Shown here piece after piece: positions 1 through 9,169 of a stretch of 64,000 bases of DNA. The stretch spans positions 97 to 64,096 of the forward strand of contig CBFIIO010000007.1 of the NCBI GenBank assembly GCA_965662465.1, given 5' to 3'. Within the stretch, counting starts at the first letter, position 1; the number at the start of each line of letters is the position of its first letter. The stretch is from Planctomycetota bacterium (lineage in GTDB: Bacteria > Planctomycetota > UBA1135 > UBA2386). Both the position numbers and the translations under genes were made by a program. The notes under the pieces are model-generated. The model saw only the letters and a program-made list of their open reading frames with translations. It did not search any database and had not been told where the DNA came from.

Positions 1-1038
1 GTCGACGAATTGTACATGGGGCAAGCGAGACAGCTTGGATCAGGTCCAAACCCTGCTAGGCAGGTCGCGATCAAATCCGGGTGCGGTGAACGCTCTGTCG
101 CGACGACGATCAACAAAGCCTGCGGCAGCAGCCTGAAGGCGATCGATCTTGCTCGTGCGGCAATCCTGCTCGATGGCCAAAAAGTCGTTGTTGCCGGGGG
201 AATGGAGAGCATGACCAACATTCCATTTTTGCTGCCTGACTTTCGGCAGGGATATCGCCTTGGCCACCGCGAGGTGCAGGACGGCAATTATAAGGATGGC
301 TTCACCTGTGGCATCCTCAATGAGCCCATGGGGATGACTGCGGAGTATTTGGTAGACGACTATAAGCTGACGCGGGAAGCCCAAGATGAGTATGCGCTCG
401 AGTCGCATCGTCGTGGCGAAGAGGCGCAGAAGGCGGGCCGGTTTGCGGATGAAATTGCGGTGCTGACCGTCAAAAACCGTAGGAAGGAGACCGTTGTCGA
501 TACCGACGAGCACGTCCGCCCTGGAGTCTCTTTAGCGGACTTGCAGAAGCTGCGTCCGGTTTTTCGGTCCGAAAACGGCACCGTGCATGCAGGCAATAGT
601 TCGGGGATCACTGACGGTGGCGCTGCAGTTGTGTTGATGCCCGAAAGCGAAGTTACGCGACGTGGTTTGACGCCGCTAGCTTGGCTTGGTGCCTCGGCGA
701 CTGCCGGCGTTTCGCCTCGCATCATGGGGATTGGCCCGGTGCCAGCGATCAAGAAGCTGTGCGAGCGAGCAGGACGCAATTTGGAAGACTTTGACCTGTT
801 CGAACTCAACGAGGCGTTTGCCGCGCAAATGCTAGCCTGTCTCCATGATCTGCCAATCAGCCGGGACAAACTCAACGTCAATGGTGGGGCGATTGCACTT
901 GGCCATCCAATTGGTGCCACTGGCGCGCGAATCGTTGTGACTTTGGTGCATGAACTTGCTCGCCGTGATGCCAAGCGTGGTCTTGCGTCACTTTGCATGA
1001 GTGGCGGTATGGGCATGGCGATGGAGTTTGAGCGTTAG
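1..1038 (+). CDS. Acetyl-CoA C-acetyltransferase (thiolase II), 5'-truncated by window edge
   Basis: Frame 1 is open from base 1. Thiolase motifs are present: active-site Cys region 'TINKACGSSLKAI', 'NEAFAAQ', 'NVNGGAIALGHPIGATGARI' and C-terminal 'CMSGGMGMAMEFE'. Confidence 0.9.
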   Translation, partial: VDELYMGQARQLGSGPNPARQVAIKSGCGERSVATTINKACGSSLKAIDLARAAILLDGQKVVVAGGMESMTNIPFLLPDFRQGYRLGHREVQDGNYKDGFTCGILNEPMGMTAEYLVDDYKLTREAQDEYALESHRRGEEAQKAGRFADEIAVLTVKNRRKETVVDTDEHVRPGVSLADLQKLRPVFRSENGTVHAGNSSGITDGGAAVVLMPESEVTRRGLTPLAWLGASATAGVSPRIMGIGPVPAIKKLCERAGRNLEDFDLFELNEAFAAQMLACLHDLPISRDKLNVNGGAIALGHPIGATGARIVVTLVHELARRDAKRGLASLCMSGGMGMAMEFER

Positions 1039-1064
1039 CAGGAAGGCTGATTTTTGGCCAAGTT

Positions 1065-1095
1065 TCCGATCTCGATGCCGGCGATCGGATTTTTT
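1065..1095 (+). terminator. Rho-independent terminator after the thiolase gene
   Basis: 7-bp perfect stem TCCGATC/GATCGGA (1065-1071 / 1083-1089), an 11-nt loop, then a T6 run (1090-1095). It lies 27 nt after the stop codon. Confidence 0.7.
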
Positions 1096-1263
1096 GCACA
1101 GTGGGCATCGCTGTCGCAGTCGCTGGCAATTTAGCTTTGTCCGTGCGGCTTGAGCTTCAGGCGGCCTCGTGCAGGAGCTTTCGTGGGCTTCTGCGACACG
1201 CAAGTATAGGAAGTTTGTGCCAGTGCATTACGTTCCTGATCTCTCGAACTAGTTGTTCCTAGC

Positions 1264-2208
1264 ATGAAGAATCTGCTCGTTGTCGTATTTGTTGCCTGCC
1301 TGTCAGTGTTGGTCTCTGCCCAGGAGATCCCCGGCATGCGTCTCTCATTGTCTGCGCCATCTATCGTTGCTGCGCAGTCGAACCTATCGTTGCGATTGCT
1401 GATTGAGCTTTCCGAAGACTGTGAGGTGCCTTCACAGTTGCTGAATGGGGCCAATTTGACGGTGCGCACCAACGGGCAGCCTAACAAGCCAATCATTCAG
1501 GAGGGGCAGGGTGCCGCGGTGGCGATGCGTAAGGGAACGCGGATCGAGCGGCTGCTGACCTACCCAGCGTCGACTTTTATGATGGATCCTGACGCTGGCG
1601 AAATTGTCACCGTAGCGGTTTCCTGGCGAGGATGGCTCGGAGTCGACTGCACTTTCAAAGTCGCTCCTGACACCAAGAACATCAAGATTGAAGAACTCGA
1701 TTTCAATCGCACTCAGGTGATGCTGGTTACCAACTATGGCGACATCCACCTAGAGTTCCGGCACGACAAGGCTCCCACGCACGTAGAGAACTTTATCAAG
1801 CTATGCCTGTCTGGATTTTATGACGGCACCAAGTTCCACCGGGTCATCAAGAACTTCATGATCCAAGGCGGTTGCCCGTTCACCAAAGATGACAGCCTGA
1901 AGCAGAAATGGGGTCAGGGCGGAGCGGGTTATAATCTAAAACTTGAAGCCAGCGACCTGCGTCACCTGCGCGGCACCCTGTCCATGGCTCGCGGCGATGG
2001 TAACGACACGGCGAGTTCTGGATTCTTTATCGTGCACAAGGATTCAGCTCACTTAGACGGCCTCTATTCGGCATTTGGCAACGTTGTGAAGGGTATGGAC
2101 ACGCTCGATCGTATTGCCTTCGTTCGCCTCGCTGGGCCGACAATGTCGGCTCCAGTCATGCCAGTTGTGCTCCAAGCTGCGGTTGTCTTGCCGAAGAAGA
2201 AGCAGTAG
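1264..2208 (+). CDS. Secreted cyclophilin-type peptidyl-prolyl isomerase with ~150-aa N-terminal extra domain
   Basis: Signal peptide 'MKNLLVVVFVACLSVLVSAQE'. The C-terminal half carries cyclophilin motifs 'FHRVIKNFMIQGGCP', 'GTLSMAR' and 'SGFFIV'. Confidence 0.85.
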   Translation: MKNLLVVVFVACLSVLVSAQEIPGMRLSLSAPSIVAAQSNLSLRLLIELSEDCEVPSQLLNGANLTVRTNGQPNKPIIQEGQGAAVAMRKGTRIERLLTYPASTFMMDPDAGEIVTVAVSWRGWLGVDCTFKVAPDTKNIKIEELDFNRTQVMLVTNYGDIHLEFRHDKAPTHVENFIKLCLSGFYDGTKFHRVIKNFMIQGGCPFTKDDSLKQKWGQGGAGYNLKLEASDLRHLRGTLSMARGDGNDTASSGFFIVHKDSAHLDGLYSAFGNVVKGMDTLDRIAFVRLAGPTMSAPVMPVVLQAAVVLPKKKQ

Positions 2209-2248
2209 CACTCGCGCCGGCGGGGTAGACAAGGCAGGATAGGCGCTC

Positions 2249-2812
2249 ATGGACCTCGAATCGACCGATCACGCGACCATCGAGGCAGCCCTCGTCACAG
2301 ACAAGGGCACGATGGTCATCACGTTTTTTCCTGAACAGGCGCCGAAACATGTTGCGAGCTTTTTGAAGCTTGCGCAGGAAGGCTTCTACTGCGGCATCTC
2401 GTTCCACCGGATTGTGAGAAACTTCATGATCCAAACGGGTTGTCCGAACAGCAAAGAGGGAGCGACTGGCCAGCCAGGCACTGGCGGCCCCGGCTTTCAT
2501 TTGCCAGCGGAGTTCAGCGACATCCACCACGAACGTGGCATCCTATCGATGGCCCGTGCCCAGGATCCAAACTCGGCTGGGTCGCAGTTCTTCGTCGTTC
2601 ACGGTGAAGCATCGTTCCTGGATCGTAGTTACACAGTTTTTGGCAAGGTCGAAGAAGGCCTCGATGTGCTCGACGCAATCGCCAGCATCGAGTGTGACTT
2701 TGGACCTGGCGGCGAGAAGAGCGCGCCGCAAGAGCGGGTAGAGATCAAGTCGGTCGAGTTACGACCGCGCCAAGAGCGTACCCCTCAGGAGGAAACGGCA
2801 GATGGCAGCTGA
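2249..2812 (+). CDS. ppiB: Cytoplasmic cyclophilin-type peptidyl-prolyl isomerase
   Basis: Motifs 'FHRIVRNFMIQTGCP', 'GILSMARAQDPNSAGSQFFVV' and 'YTVFGKVEEGLDVLDAI'. There is no signal peptide. Confidence 0.88.
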   Translation: MDLESTDHATIEAALVTDKGTMVITFFPEQAPKHVASFLKLAQEGFYCGISFHRIVRNFMIQTGCPNSKEGATGQPGTGGPGFHLPAEFSDIHHERGILSMARAQDPNSAGSQFFVVHGEASFLDRSYTVFGKVEEGLDVLDAIASIECDFGPGGEKSAPQERVEIKSVELRPRQERTPQEETADGS

Positions 2813-3584
2813 GAACGTATTGCTAGAGCGCGATGGCTATCTAGCGATTGTCACCGTCAATCGTCCCAGCAAGCTCAATGCGCTCGATGATCAGACCATC
2901 GCTGAACTCGATGCGACATTTGCTTCGATCGATGCAGATGATTCGATCGGTGCGGTCATTGTGACTGGTGCTGGCGAGAAGGCGTTTGTCGCTGGGGCTG
3001 ACATTTCTGTGCTCGCCAAGCAAGGGGTGCTCGATGGCAAAGAAAACGCACGTCGTGGCCAAGCCTTGACGATGCGGATCGAAAGCTGTTCGAAGCCTGT
3101 GCTTGCGGCGATCAATGGCTTTGCCCTAGGCGGCGGCCTAGAGTTGGCGTTGGCATGCGACATGCGGTTTGCCTCAGCGAATGCCAAAGTAGGCCTGCCA
3201 GAAGTCTCGCTTGGCATCATTCCGGGATATGGAGGCACCCAACGCCTTCCGCGCCTTGTCGGCACTGGGGTCGCATTGCAGATGATTTTGCAGGGCGATC
3301 CGGTTGATGCGCAGGAAGCATTGCGTGTCGGGCTTGTTAACGGTGTCTTCGAACCGACAGATCTGTTGGCTAAGTGCAAGCAGATCGCGAATCGCATGGT
3401 CTCCCGTGGCCCGACGGCATTGTCACTTGCCAAGCAAGCCGTGCATCGCGGCGCCCAGATGTCGATGGCTGATGCTTTGACGCTGGAGGCCGATCTGTTT
3501 GGAATCATCAGTAGCACAGATGAGATGAAGGAAGGCATGGCTGCTTTCTTAGAGAAGCGCAAGCCAAGTTGGCTTCGTAAGTGA
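2802..3584 (+). CDS. Enoyl-CoA hydratase/isomerase (crotonase family)
   Basis: Motifs 'IVTVNRPSKLNAL', 'VITGAGEKAFVAGADI' and 'AAINGFALGGGLELALACDMRFAS'. AGGAGG at 2787-2792 precedes the ATG. The gene overlaps the upstream stop by 11 nt. Confidence 0.9.
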   Translation: MAAENVLLERDGYLAIVTVNRPSKLNALDDQTIAELDATFASIDADDSIGAVIVTGAGEKAFVAGADISVLAKQGVLDGKENARRGQALTMRIESCSKPVLAAINGFALGGGLELALACDMRFASANAKVGLPEVSLGIIPGYGGTQRLPRLVGTGVALQMILQGDPVDAQEALRVGLVNGVFEPTDLLAKCKQIANRMVSRGPTALSLAKQAVHRGAQMSMADALTLEADLFGIISSTDEMKEGMAAFLEKRKPSWLRK

Positions 3585-4780
3585 GCGAAGCGTTCCAAGC
3601 GCTGCTCGGTTCGCCCGTCGGCGAGCCAATTGCGCTGCTGCATAGCGGTGGCGCCGGCCCGACATGGCTCTGTCGTGAGCCGGTCGCGTCGTTGACCGTT
3701 GACGCTGCAGATTGGCGCGGTGCGCTCGAACAGCTCTCTGCGTTCCTCGCGGAGCACCGTGACCGTCGCGTCGTCGGGTGGTTGGGCTACGACTTGGCTC
3801 TCGATATTGAGGAATGGCGACAGTCAGCCACCGATGAGTTTGAGGTGCCGGTGCTGCATGTTACTGCCTATGGCCATGTGCGTGAGTTCTGTGACGCCGA
3901 TTCAAGAGGCGCACCAGCTGTGCCAAGAGCGACAGAGCTGCGAGCAATGGTTGGCCAAGCTGACTATGAGGCACGCGTGGCGGCTGTCATTGAGCACATC
4001 TGCAGCGGTGACATCTTCCAGGCGAACCTGACGCAGCCGTTTACGGCGCTGTTCGATGGTGATCCTCGCGCATTGTTCTGGCGGCTTTGTGAGCAGAGTC
4101 CGGCGCCCTTCGCTGCCTATATTGAGGATGGTTGCGGGACTTCCGTATTGTCGAGTTCGCCAGAAGAGTTCTTGCAGCGTGATGGCAATCTGTTGCGTAC
4201 GCGACCAATCAAAGGAACTCGCCCCCGTAGCAGTGACCCAAAAGAAGATTCGCGCCTGTTGGCAGAGTTGCTTGCTAGCGAGAAAGATCAGGCCGAGTTG
4301 GCGATGATCGTCGATTTACTCCGCAATGATATGGGGAAGGTTGCGGAGGTCGGTTCGGTAGAAGTTGGACCTTTTCCTGAGCATGCATCTTTTGCGCAGG
4401 TCCATCATCTGTTCGCAACTGTGACCGCCAAGCTTCGGGCGGATGTCTCAAGTGTCGATTTGCTGCGCGCGACATTCCCAGGTGGTTCGATCACCGGTTG
4501 CCCAAAACTCCGTTGTCTTGAGATCATTGAATCACTCGAGGTGACGCGTCGCGGCGTGTATACGGGCGCTATTGGTTGGTTTGGACCTGGAGATTCCATG
4601 CATCTGAATATCGCAATTCGGACTCTCGTACACAAAGATGGGCGTGTTCGCGGCAACGCCGGTGGTGGCATAACGGCACTGAGTGATCCGCATCTTGAGT
4701 GGCGTGAATCGTTAGACAAGATGGCTGGCATAGAGCGTGCGTTGCAGGCAAATATCCAAATGCCTTTAGATCCTAGCTAG
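3581..4780 (+). CDS. pabB: Aminodeoxychorismate synthase component I (chorismate-binding enzyme family)
   Basis: Motifs 'GDIFQANLTQPF', 'SSSPEEFL', 'TRPIKGTRPR', 'EKDQAELAMIVDLLRNDMGKV' and 'FPGGSITGCPKLRCLEIIESLE..RGVYTGAIGW'. GTG start overlaps the upstream TGA (GTGA). The following gene is pabC-like. Confidence 0.85.
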   Translation: MSEAFQALLGSPVGEPIALLHSGGAGPTWLCREPVASLTVDAADWRGALEQLSAFLAEHRDRRVVGWLGYDLALDIEEWRQSATDEFEVPVLHVTAYGHVREFCDADSRGAPAVPRATELRAMVGQADYEARVAAVIEHICSGDIFQANLTQPFTALFDGDPRALFWRLCEQSPAPFAAYIEDGCGTSVLSSSPEEFLQRDGNLLRTRPIKGTRPRSSDPKEDSRLLAELLASEKDQAELAMIVDLLRNDMGKVAEVGSVEVGPFPEHASFAQVHHLFATVTAKLRADVSSVDLLRATFPGGSITGCPKLRCLEIIESLEVTRRGVYTGAIGWFGPGDSMHLNIAIRTLVHKDGRVRGNAGGGITALSDPHLEWRESLDKMAGIERALQANIQMPLDPS

Positions 4781-4812
4781 CATCTCTGCTGCACTTTAAT
4801 GGAGCGTATAGA

Positions 4813-5586
4813 ATGACGATTTGGGTCGATGGTAAAGTCTTTGGTGGTAACGATGTGCCGCGCAGCAAAGCGATAGCACCATTCGAAACCATGGGCGCAG
4901 TGGGTGGCCAAGTGCCGCTCTGGTCACACCATTTGGCCAGGCTCAGCAGTACCGCATCAGAGTTGGGCCTGTCATTCGTTGCTACTCCAGAGTTGCGTGC
5001 AGCAGCAACAGAGATCCTGCTCAAGAACGGGCACAGTGGCGACGTGCTGCGTCTGTCTTTGGTGCCTGCGAATGACTCCCTAGCGCAGATGCGCGTTGTC
5101 TTGGCTTCACGAAAGCGATCTCCAATCAAGACGGTCAAGTTGTTGCCAACGATCGTGGAATACCATGACGACTTTCCGCGTAGGGATATCAAGGCAGAGC
5201 CTCGTCGCTTTTATGACAGGGTGTTGCAGCAGGCTCAGGATGGCGATGCTGATGACGGGATCGTCGTCGATCGCGATGGTTCTCTGCTGGAGGCTGCCCT
5301 GGGTAACCTTTGGTTGCGAATCGATTCGACGTGGGTCACTCCGCCATTAGATGGTCGATTTCTACCGGGCATTGGCCGTGCTCTGTTGCTTGATTGCGCA
5401 AGGTCTCAAGGAGTCGCGGTCGATCAACGACCGCTGTCTTTGACTGATCTTCATCAAGCAGAGGCCATCGCTCACAGTAATGCCGTCTACGGCCCGCGTC
5501 CGGCTTGCCTTGTTGGCGATCAAGCAGCAGTTGCATTGGTCGAAAGCGAACTCGGTGCGTTGTGGCGTGAACTGACAAGCGGCTGA
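4813..5586 (+). CDS. pabC: Aminodeoxychorismate lyase / class IV aminotransferase-fold protein
   Basis: Size, position directly after pabB, and N-terminus 'IWVDGK...FETMG..GG.VPLWSHHLARL' are typical of the PabC/IlvE fold. The sequence is divergent. Confidence 0.65.
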   Translation: MTIWVDGKVFGGNDVPRSKAIAPFETMGAVGGQVPLWSHHLARLSSTASELGLSFVATPELRAAATEILLKNGHSGDVLRLSLVPANDSLAQMRVVLASRKRSPIKTVKLLPTIVEYHDDFPRRDIKAEPRRFYDRVLQQAQDGDADDGIVVDRDGSLLEAALGNLWLRIDSTWVTPPLDGRFLPGIGRALLLDCARSQGVAVDQRPLSLTDLHQAEAIAHSNAVYGPRPACLVGDQAAVALVESELGALWRELTSG

Positions 5587-5924
5587 GGTTGTGCGCCGTC
5601 TATTGTGATTTGCATTCTCATGGCGAAGTCATGCGGGTCAAGCTGCTGTGACAGACCGGCGAGAAGGCCACGTCTGGATCCACTCCGATTTAGCTCAGAA
5701 TCTGTGGCTGGGCATGCGAGCCATGCTGGGCTTTGGCGCCAACTTGGACATCCACCTCGCCGCCGTATTGCAGCATGTCGAAGCCCTAGAACCACTACCA
5801 ATAAGTGCTAGGAAATTTGGGGTTATGAGCGTTCGGTGCCGTTCTTGCGATTGGTCGGATCCTTCTCGAAAAATGCGCAGCTGAGCGGCAGCGCAAAGCC
5901 CGGGGCAGGTTAAGGTTGGTTGCA

Positions 5925-7832
5925 ATGAGCCGCCAATCTCTTGCCTTTCAGCTCCTTTTGTTCTTCGGACTGATCGTTTCCGCCTGTGGCGGTGGTAGCA
6001 GTGATGGCGGCGGCGGCGGTGCTTCGAACCCTTCGAATGAACCTAATGCTGCGCCGAGTTTACAGGTTCCGGCGCAGTTGATTGGTGGCCCGGTTCAGTT
6101 TTCCTACACGCTGCCAATTGCTGGGTCTCAGCTGTTGACGTTCAATGCAACAGATCCCGATGGCGATGCGTTGCTCTGGCAAGTCGCGGTCTCCGCAAGT
6201 GGCGCTACTGCTGCAGGGTTGTCCTTTGACTCACCCGCGATTGGCTCGACGTTTACGATCAACCTCAACCCTACTGCATCACCTAGTTCATCTAATCTGA
6301 GTGTCTTGGTTGAAGATGCTAGGGGGGCTGCTTCTGCAATTGATATCTTGTTGGTTCGCAGCGGTGCACCAACTGTCAGTGGCATTTCGCGCAGCAGCGC
6401 CTTCGCCAATGCTGCGCAAGTCGTGACCATCACTGGCTCTGCTTTGGCCCTCGGTGCGACGTCGAACACTGTCGCAAGTTTCTCGGGAATCGTTGCTGGC
6501 AACATTGAGGTTGTCAACGAGTCGACGCTGACTTGCACAACGCCACTGTCGGCGCCATTAGGCGCAAATACTGTTGGCGTCTCGAACCAGTTTGGTAGCG
6601 CCACTGCGCCACCAGGTTCGTTTACGATGTATTCGTATCCTGTCGATTTGTTCGACAACGATAGCGCCTTCGACAGTGGTGGTGGCAGCCAGTTGATCGC
6701 GGTCAATGTTGGTGCACGCATCCATGCAGCTTGGATCGAGGGTGGGGCTGTGCTGCTTAGCACCTCCTTGGATGGTGGTGCTGCGTGGTCACCTGCGACC
6801 ACACTTAGTGGCGCAGAGGTGCCTAGTTCGCTGCAGCTTGTCGTCGATGGTCAGACGGTGTTGGCTGCATGGGTTGGCAACGCTTCTGGTTTGGGTGGTA
6901 GCCTTCATTGCACGACTTCTGTAGATGCCGGCGTGACCTTCGGACCGGTCGTCGAATTGGCTACAGATGCTGCCTTCACGCCTGACATTTGCGTCAGTGG
7001 TCCATACATGCACTGTGTCTGGATGAGGTCCGTTGCGGCTTCTCAAAAGGTCTGGGTGGCATCTTCGACAACCACAGGCGCTAGCTGGAATACTGGCAAG
7101 CCGGCCTACACTACGAGTGACAATCAGTCGCTGCCCTCAATTGGTTGCTACCAAGGCGACGCGTGGATTGCCTTGCGTCAAGGTTTGGACCAACGGGTTT
7201 TCACGACCCATTCCAGTAATGCTGGCTTCTTCTTTAGCTCGGGAGTTGCGCGAAGCAGTCTCGCCGGAATCGCAGGGACATCAAAAGCACTGTTTTGCAA
7301 TTTTGGCGAGCGTGTCTTTCTGGTGTGGGCCGACGACGGTGCTTTGCACTACATGGTTTCTGAAAACTCTGGGCTCGGATGGCCAACGCTTCAGGTTCTG
7401 TTACGTGGTGCCGACCTTGGATCCTTATCGACCGCCGATGCGGCAGTAGACTGCGAAGAAGACCGTCTGGTCGCAGCCTACGTTGCCGGTGGTAATAACG
7501 TGGCCTTCACCCGAGTTGGCGCGACTGGCGCTTCGCCAGAGCACGTAACGCTTAGCACTGTAGTCGAGGCCGCTCGTCAGCCTTGTGTCGCACTGCGCGG
7601 CAACTATGTGTTTGCAGCTTGGAGTGGCGGTGATGTTGGCGCCGGCACGGCGCGGATTAAGCTAAATACTTCTACGAATCGCGGCTCAACCTTTGGCGGC
7701 GTTAGCGAGTTTGGTGATGGTTCAGCAGCTCAAGATACACCGCGTATGGTGGTGGATGAGGCGCGATTGTGGATGGGTTGGCTGGACTATCGCGGCGCTC
7801 CGGCCTTATACAGCAATCGTAGTGAGCAGTAG
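5925..7832 (+). CDS. Lipoprotein with Ig-like/IPT-TIG domains and a BNR (Asp-box) beta-propeller
   Basis: Lipobox 'LIVSAC' followed by a Gly/Ser linker. IPT/TIG-like segment 'PTVSGISRSS...VVTITGSAL...LTCTTP'. Repeated Asp-boxes 'SLDGGAAWS', 'SVDAGVTFG', 'STTTGASWN', 'SENSGLGWP' and 'STNRGSTFG', with recurring xAAW/VW strands. The ATG at 5925 is preferred over the TTG at 5916. Confidence 0.75.
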   Translation: MSRQSLAFQLLLFFGLIVSACGGGSSDGGGGGASNPSNEPNAAPSLQVPAQLIGGPVQFSYTLPIAGSQLLTFNATDPDGDALLWQVAVSASGATAAGLSFDSPAIGSTFTINLNPTASPSSSNLSVLVEDARGAASAIDILLVRSGAPTVSGISRSSAFANAAQVVTITGSALALGATSNTVASFSGIVAGNIEVVNESTLTCTTPLSAPLGANTVGVSNQFGSATAPPGSFTMYSYPVDLFDNDSAFDSGGGSQLIAVNVGARIHAAWIEGGAVLLSTSLDGGAAWSPATTLSGAEVPSSLQLVVDGQTVLAAWVGNASGLGGSLHCTTSVDAGVTFGPVVELATDAAFTPDICVSGPYMHCVWMRSVAASQKVWVASSTTTGASWNTGKPAYTTSDNQSLPSIGCYQGDAWIALRQGLDQRVFTTHSSNAGFFFSSGVARSSLAGIAGTSKALFCNFGERVFLVWADDGALHYMVSENSGLGWPTLQVLLRGADLGSLSTADAAVDCEEDRLVAAYVAGGNNVAFTRVGATGASPEHVTLSTVVEAARQPCVALRGNYVFAAWSGGDVGAGTARIKLNTSTNRGSTFGGVSEFGDGSAAQDTPRMVVDEARLWMGWLDYRGAPALYSNRSEQ

Positions 7833-8025
7833 AGCTGTGCCGTCTGGTTGCTGTCTCGAGGTCTGTGTTCTGTCGGCAAAAGTCTAGATATCCGCTCCCG
7901 GCACTGGTTTAGGTGACCAGCAAAGACTGCCGGTCGGACGTTGGTTCGAGATTCTTTGTTCTGCAATGCTGCAGTCCGGTCTTGCTGAGGTTGCCGTAAG
8001 GGCACAAGAACGCGACGATAGTCGC

Positions 8026-9159
8026 ATGTGTCGCCGCCTTGACTCGTTGTATTGGATGTCGCTCCTCAGCATGGCTGTGAGTTGCAGCGCAGGGAAGGAA
8101 GAGCAGTCTCAGCCAGCTGCGGCTGTAACTTTGCCGAACTCTGTTACTCCGCGGGGCGCGGCGGTTGACCATTCTCCAAAGCCCCAAGTCGAGCAGGTGG
8201 TGCAGGTCCCAGCCTCAGTCGATGTGACCCGTGGGATGGTTTGGGTGCCTGCCGGTGAGGCTCGTCTAGGGAGTCAAGAGAGTGCGCCTGACGCCCCAAT
8301 GCGCACGGTTCGTCTCACAGGCTTTTATATCGATGCGGCGGAGGTCACGAACCGTGACTTTGAGGCATTTACCAAAGCGACTGGCTATGTGACAGATGCT
8401 GAGCGTCGGCCAACGACAGAAGAAATCCCAGGTGTACCTGAGGAGCTGTTGGTGGCGGGTTCTTTGGTATTCACCCCACCTCCAAACGCCGTTGATTTGC
8501 GAGAGTTCTGGAATTGGTGGAGCTATGTTGCCGGTGCGAACTGGAGACAACCTGCTGGCCCAGGCTCTTCGACGTTTGGTCGCGAAGACCATCCCGTCAT
8601 TCATGTCAGTTGGCGCGATGCTACGGCTTACGCGAAGTGGGCAAGAAAGCGTTTGCCGACCGAGGCTGAGTGGGAGTTTGCGGCGCGCGGTGGCCTTGCC
8701 GAGCAGCGCTACGTTTGGGGGAGCGAGCAGAAGGTTAAGGGGCGATGGCCGACGAACATTTGGCAGGGGGAGTTCCCCTCTGGCAATACACAAGAAGATG
8801 GATTCTTGACGACGTCACCTGTCCGTGCGTTTGATCCAAATCGACTCGGCATCTACGGAATGTCCGGCAATGTCTGGGAATGGTGTCAGGATTGGTACCA
8901 TCCCAATGGCTATGGCGATACGAGTGTCGTAGCAGTCGATCCTGTCGGTCCCGAGACCAGCTACGACCCTGACGAGCCAGGGGCTCAGAAGCGCGTGATG
9001 AGAGGCGGATCCTATTTGTGCAGTGATGTTTATTGTCTCGGCTACCTGCCAGGAACGCGGATGAAGTCGACGCCTGACACTTCGCTGTGCCACACTGGGT
9101 TTCGCTGTGTTGTCAGTGCAGAGTCACCGCAGCCGATACCTGCCGAAGCCGGCAAGTGA
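8026..9159 (+). CDS. Formylglycine-generating enzyme (FGE/SUMF1 family), probably lipoprotein or secreted
   Basis: Motifs 'MVWVPAGEARLGS', 'HPVIHVSWRDATAYAKWARKRLPTEAEWEFAARGG' and 'GNVWEWCQDWY'. The catalytic Cys pair is present in 'RGGSYLCSDVYCLGY', followed by 'GFRCV'. The start is uncertain (7966, 8026 or 8056). Confidence 0.85.
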   Translation: MCRRLDSLYWMSLLSMAVSCSAGKEEQSQPAAAVTLPNSVTPRGAAVDHSPKPQVEQVVQVPASVDVTRGMVWVPAGEARLGSQESAPDAPMRTVRLTGFYIDAAEVTNRDFEAFTKATGYVTDAERRPTTEEIPGVPEELLVAGSLVFTPPPNAVDLREFWNWWSYVAGANWRQPAGPGSSTFGREDHPVIHVSWRDATAYAKWARKRLPTEAEWEFAARGGLAEQRYVWGSEQKVKGRWPTNIWQGEFPSGNTQEDGFLTTSPVRAFDPNRLGIYGMSGNVWEWCQDWYHPNGYGDTSVVAVDPVGPETSYDPDEPGAQKRVMRGGSYLCSDVYCLGYLPGTRMKSTPDTSLCHTGFRCVVSAESPQPIPAEAGK

Positions 9160-9169
9160 TGGATCGTTG

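Noticed and set aside
1-6. The window begins with GTCGAC (SalI), and GGATCC (BamHI) lies at 63990-63995. This could indicate cloning junctions.
   Set aside because: Both sites sit inside uninterrupted reading frames of ordinary genes (thiolase and the giant Gly-rich gene). Six-cutter sites are expected by chance, and there is no vector-like sequence.
2891-3757. Long antisense ORFs inside confidently assigned genes. Examples: 360-1016(-), 2891-3757(-), 6128-6802(-), 8266-8793(-), 17973-18578(-), 35728-36267(+), 36399-37046(+), 63275-63799(+).
   Set aside because: Their translations are Arg/Pro/Ser/Ala-rich and low in complexity, which is typical of the opposite strand of GC-rich coding sequence. 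They carry no motifs. Each is fully embedded in a gene with strong family signatures.
5681-5740. tRNA-like 'TAGCTCAG' D-loop string at 5691-5698 in the pabC/BNR intergenic region.
   Set aside because: No matching D-stem closure (GAGC), anticodon arm, T-arm (GTTCRA) or acceptor pairing can be drawn around it.
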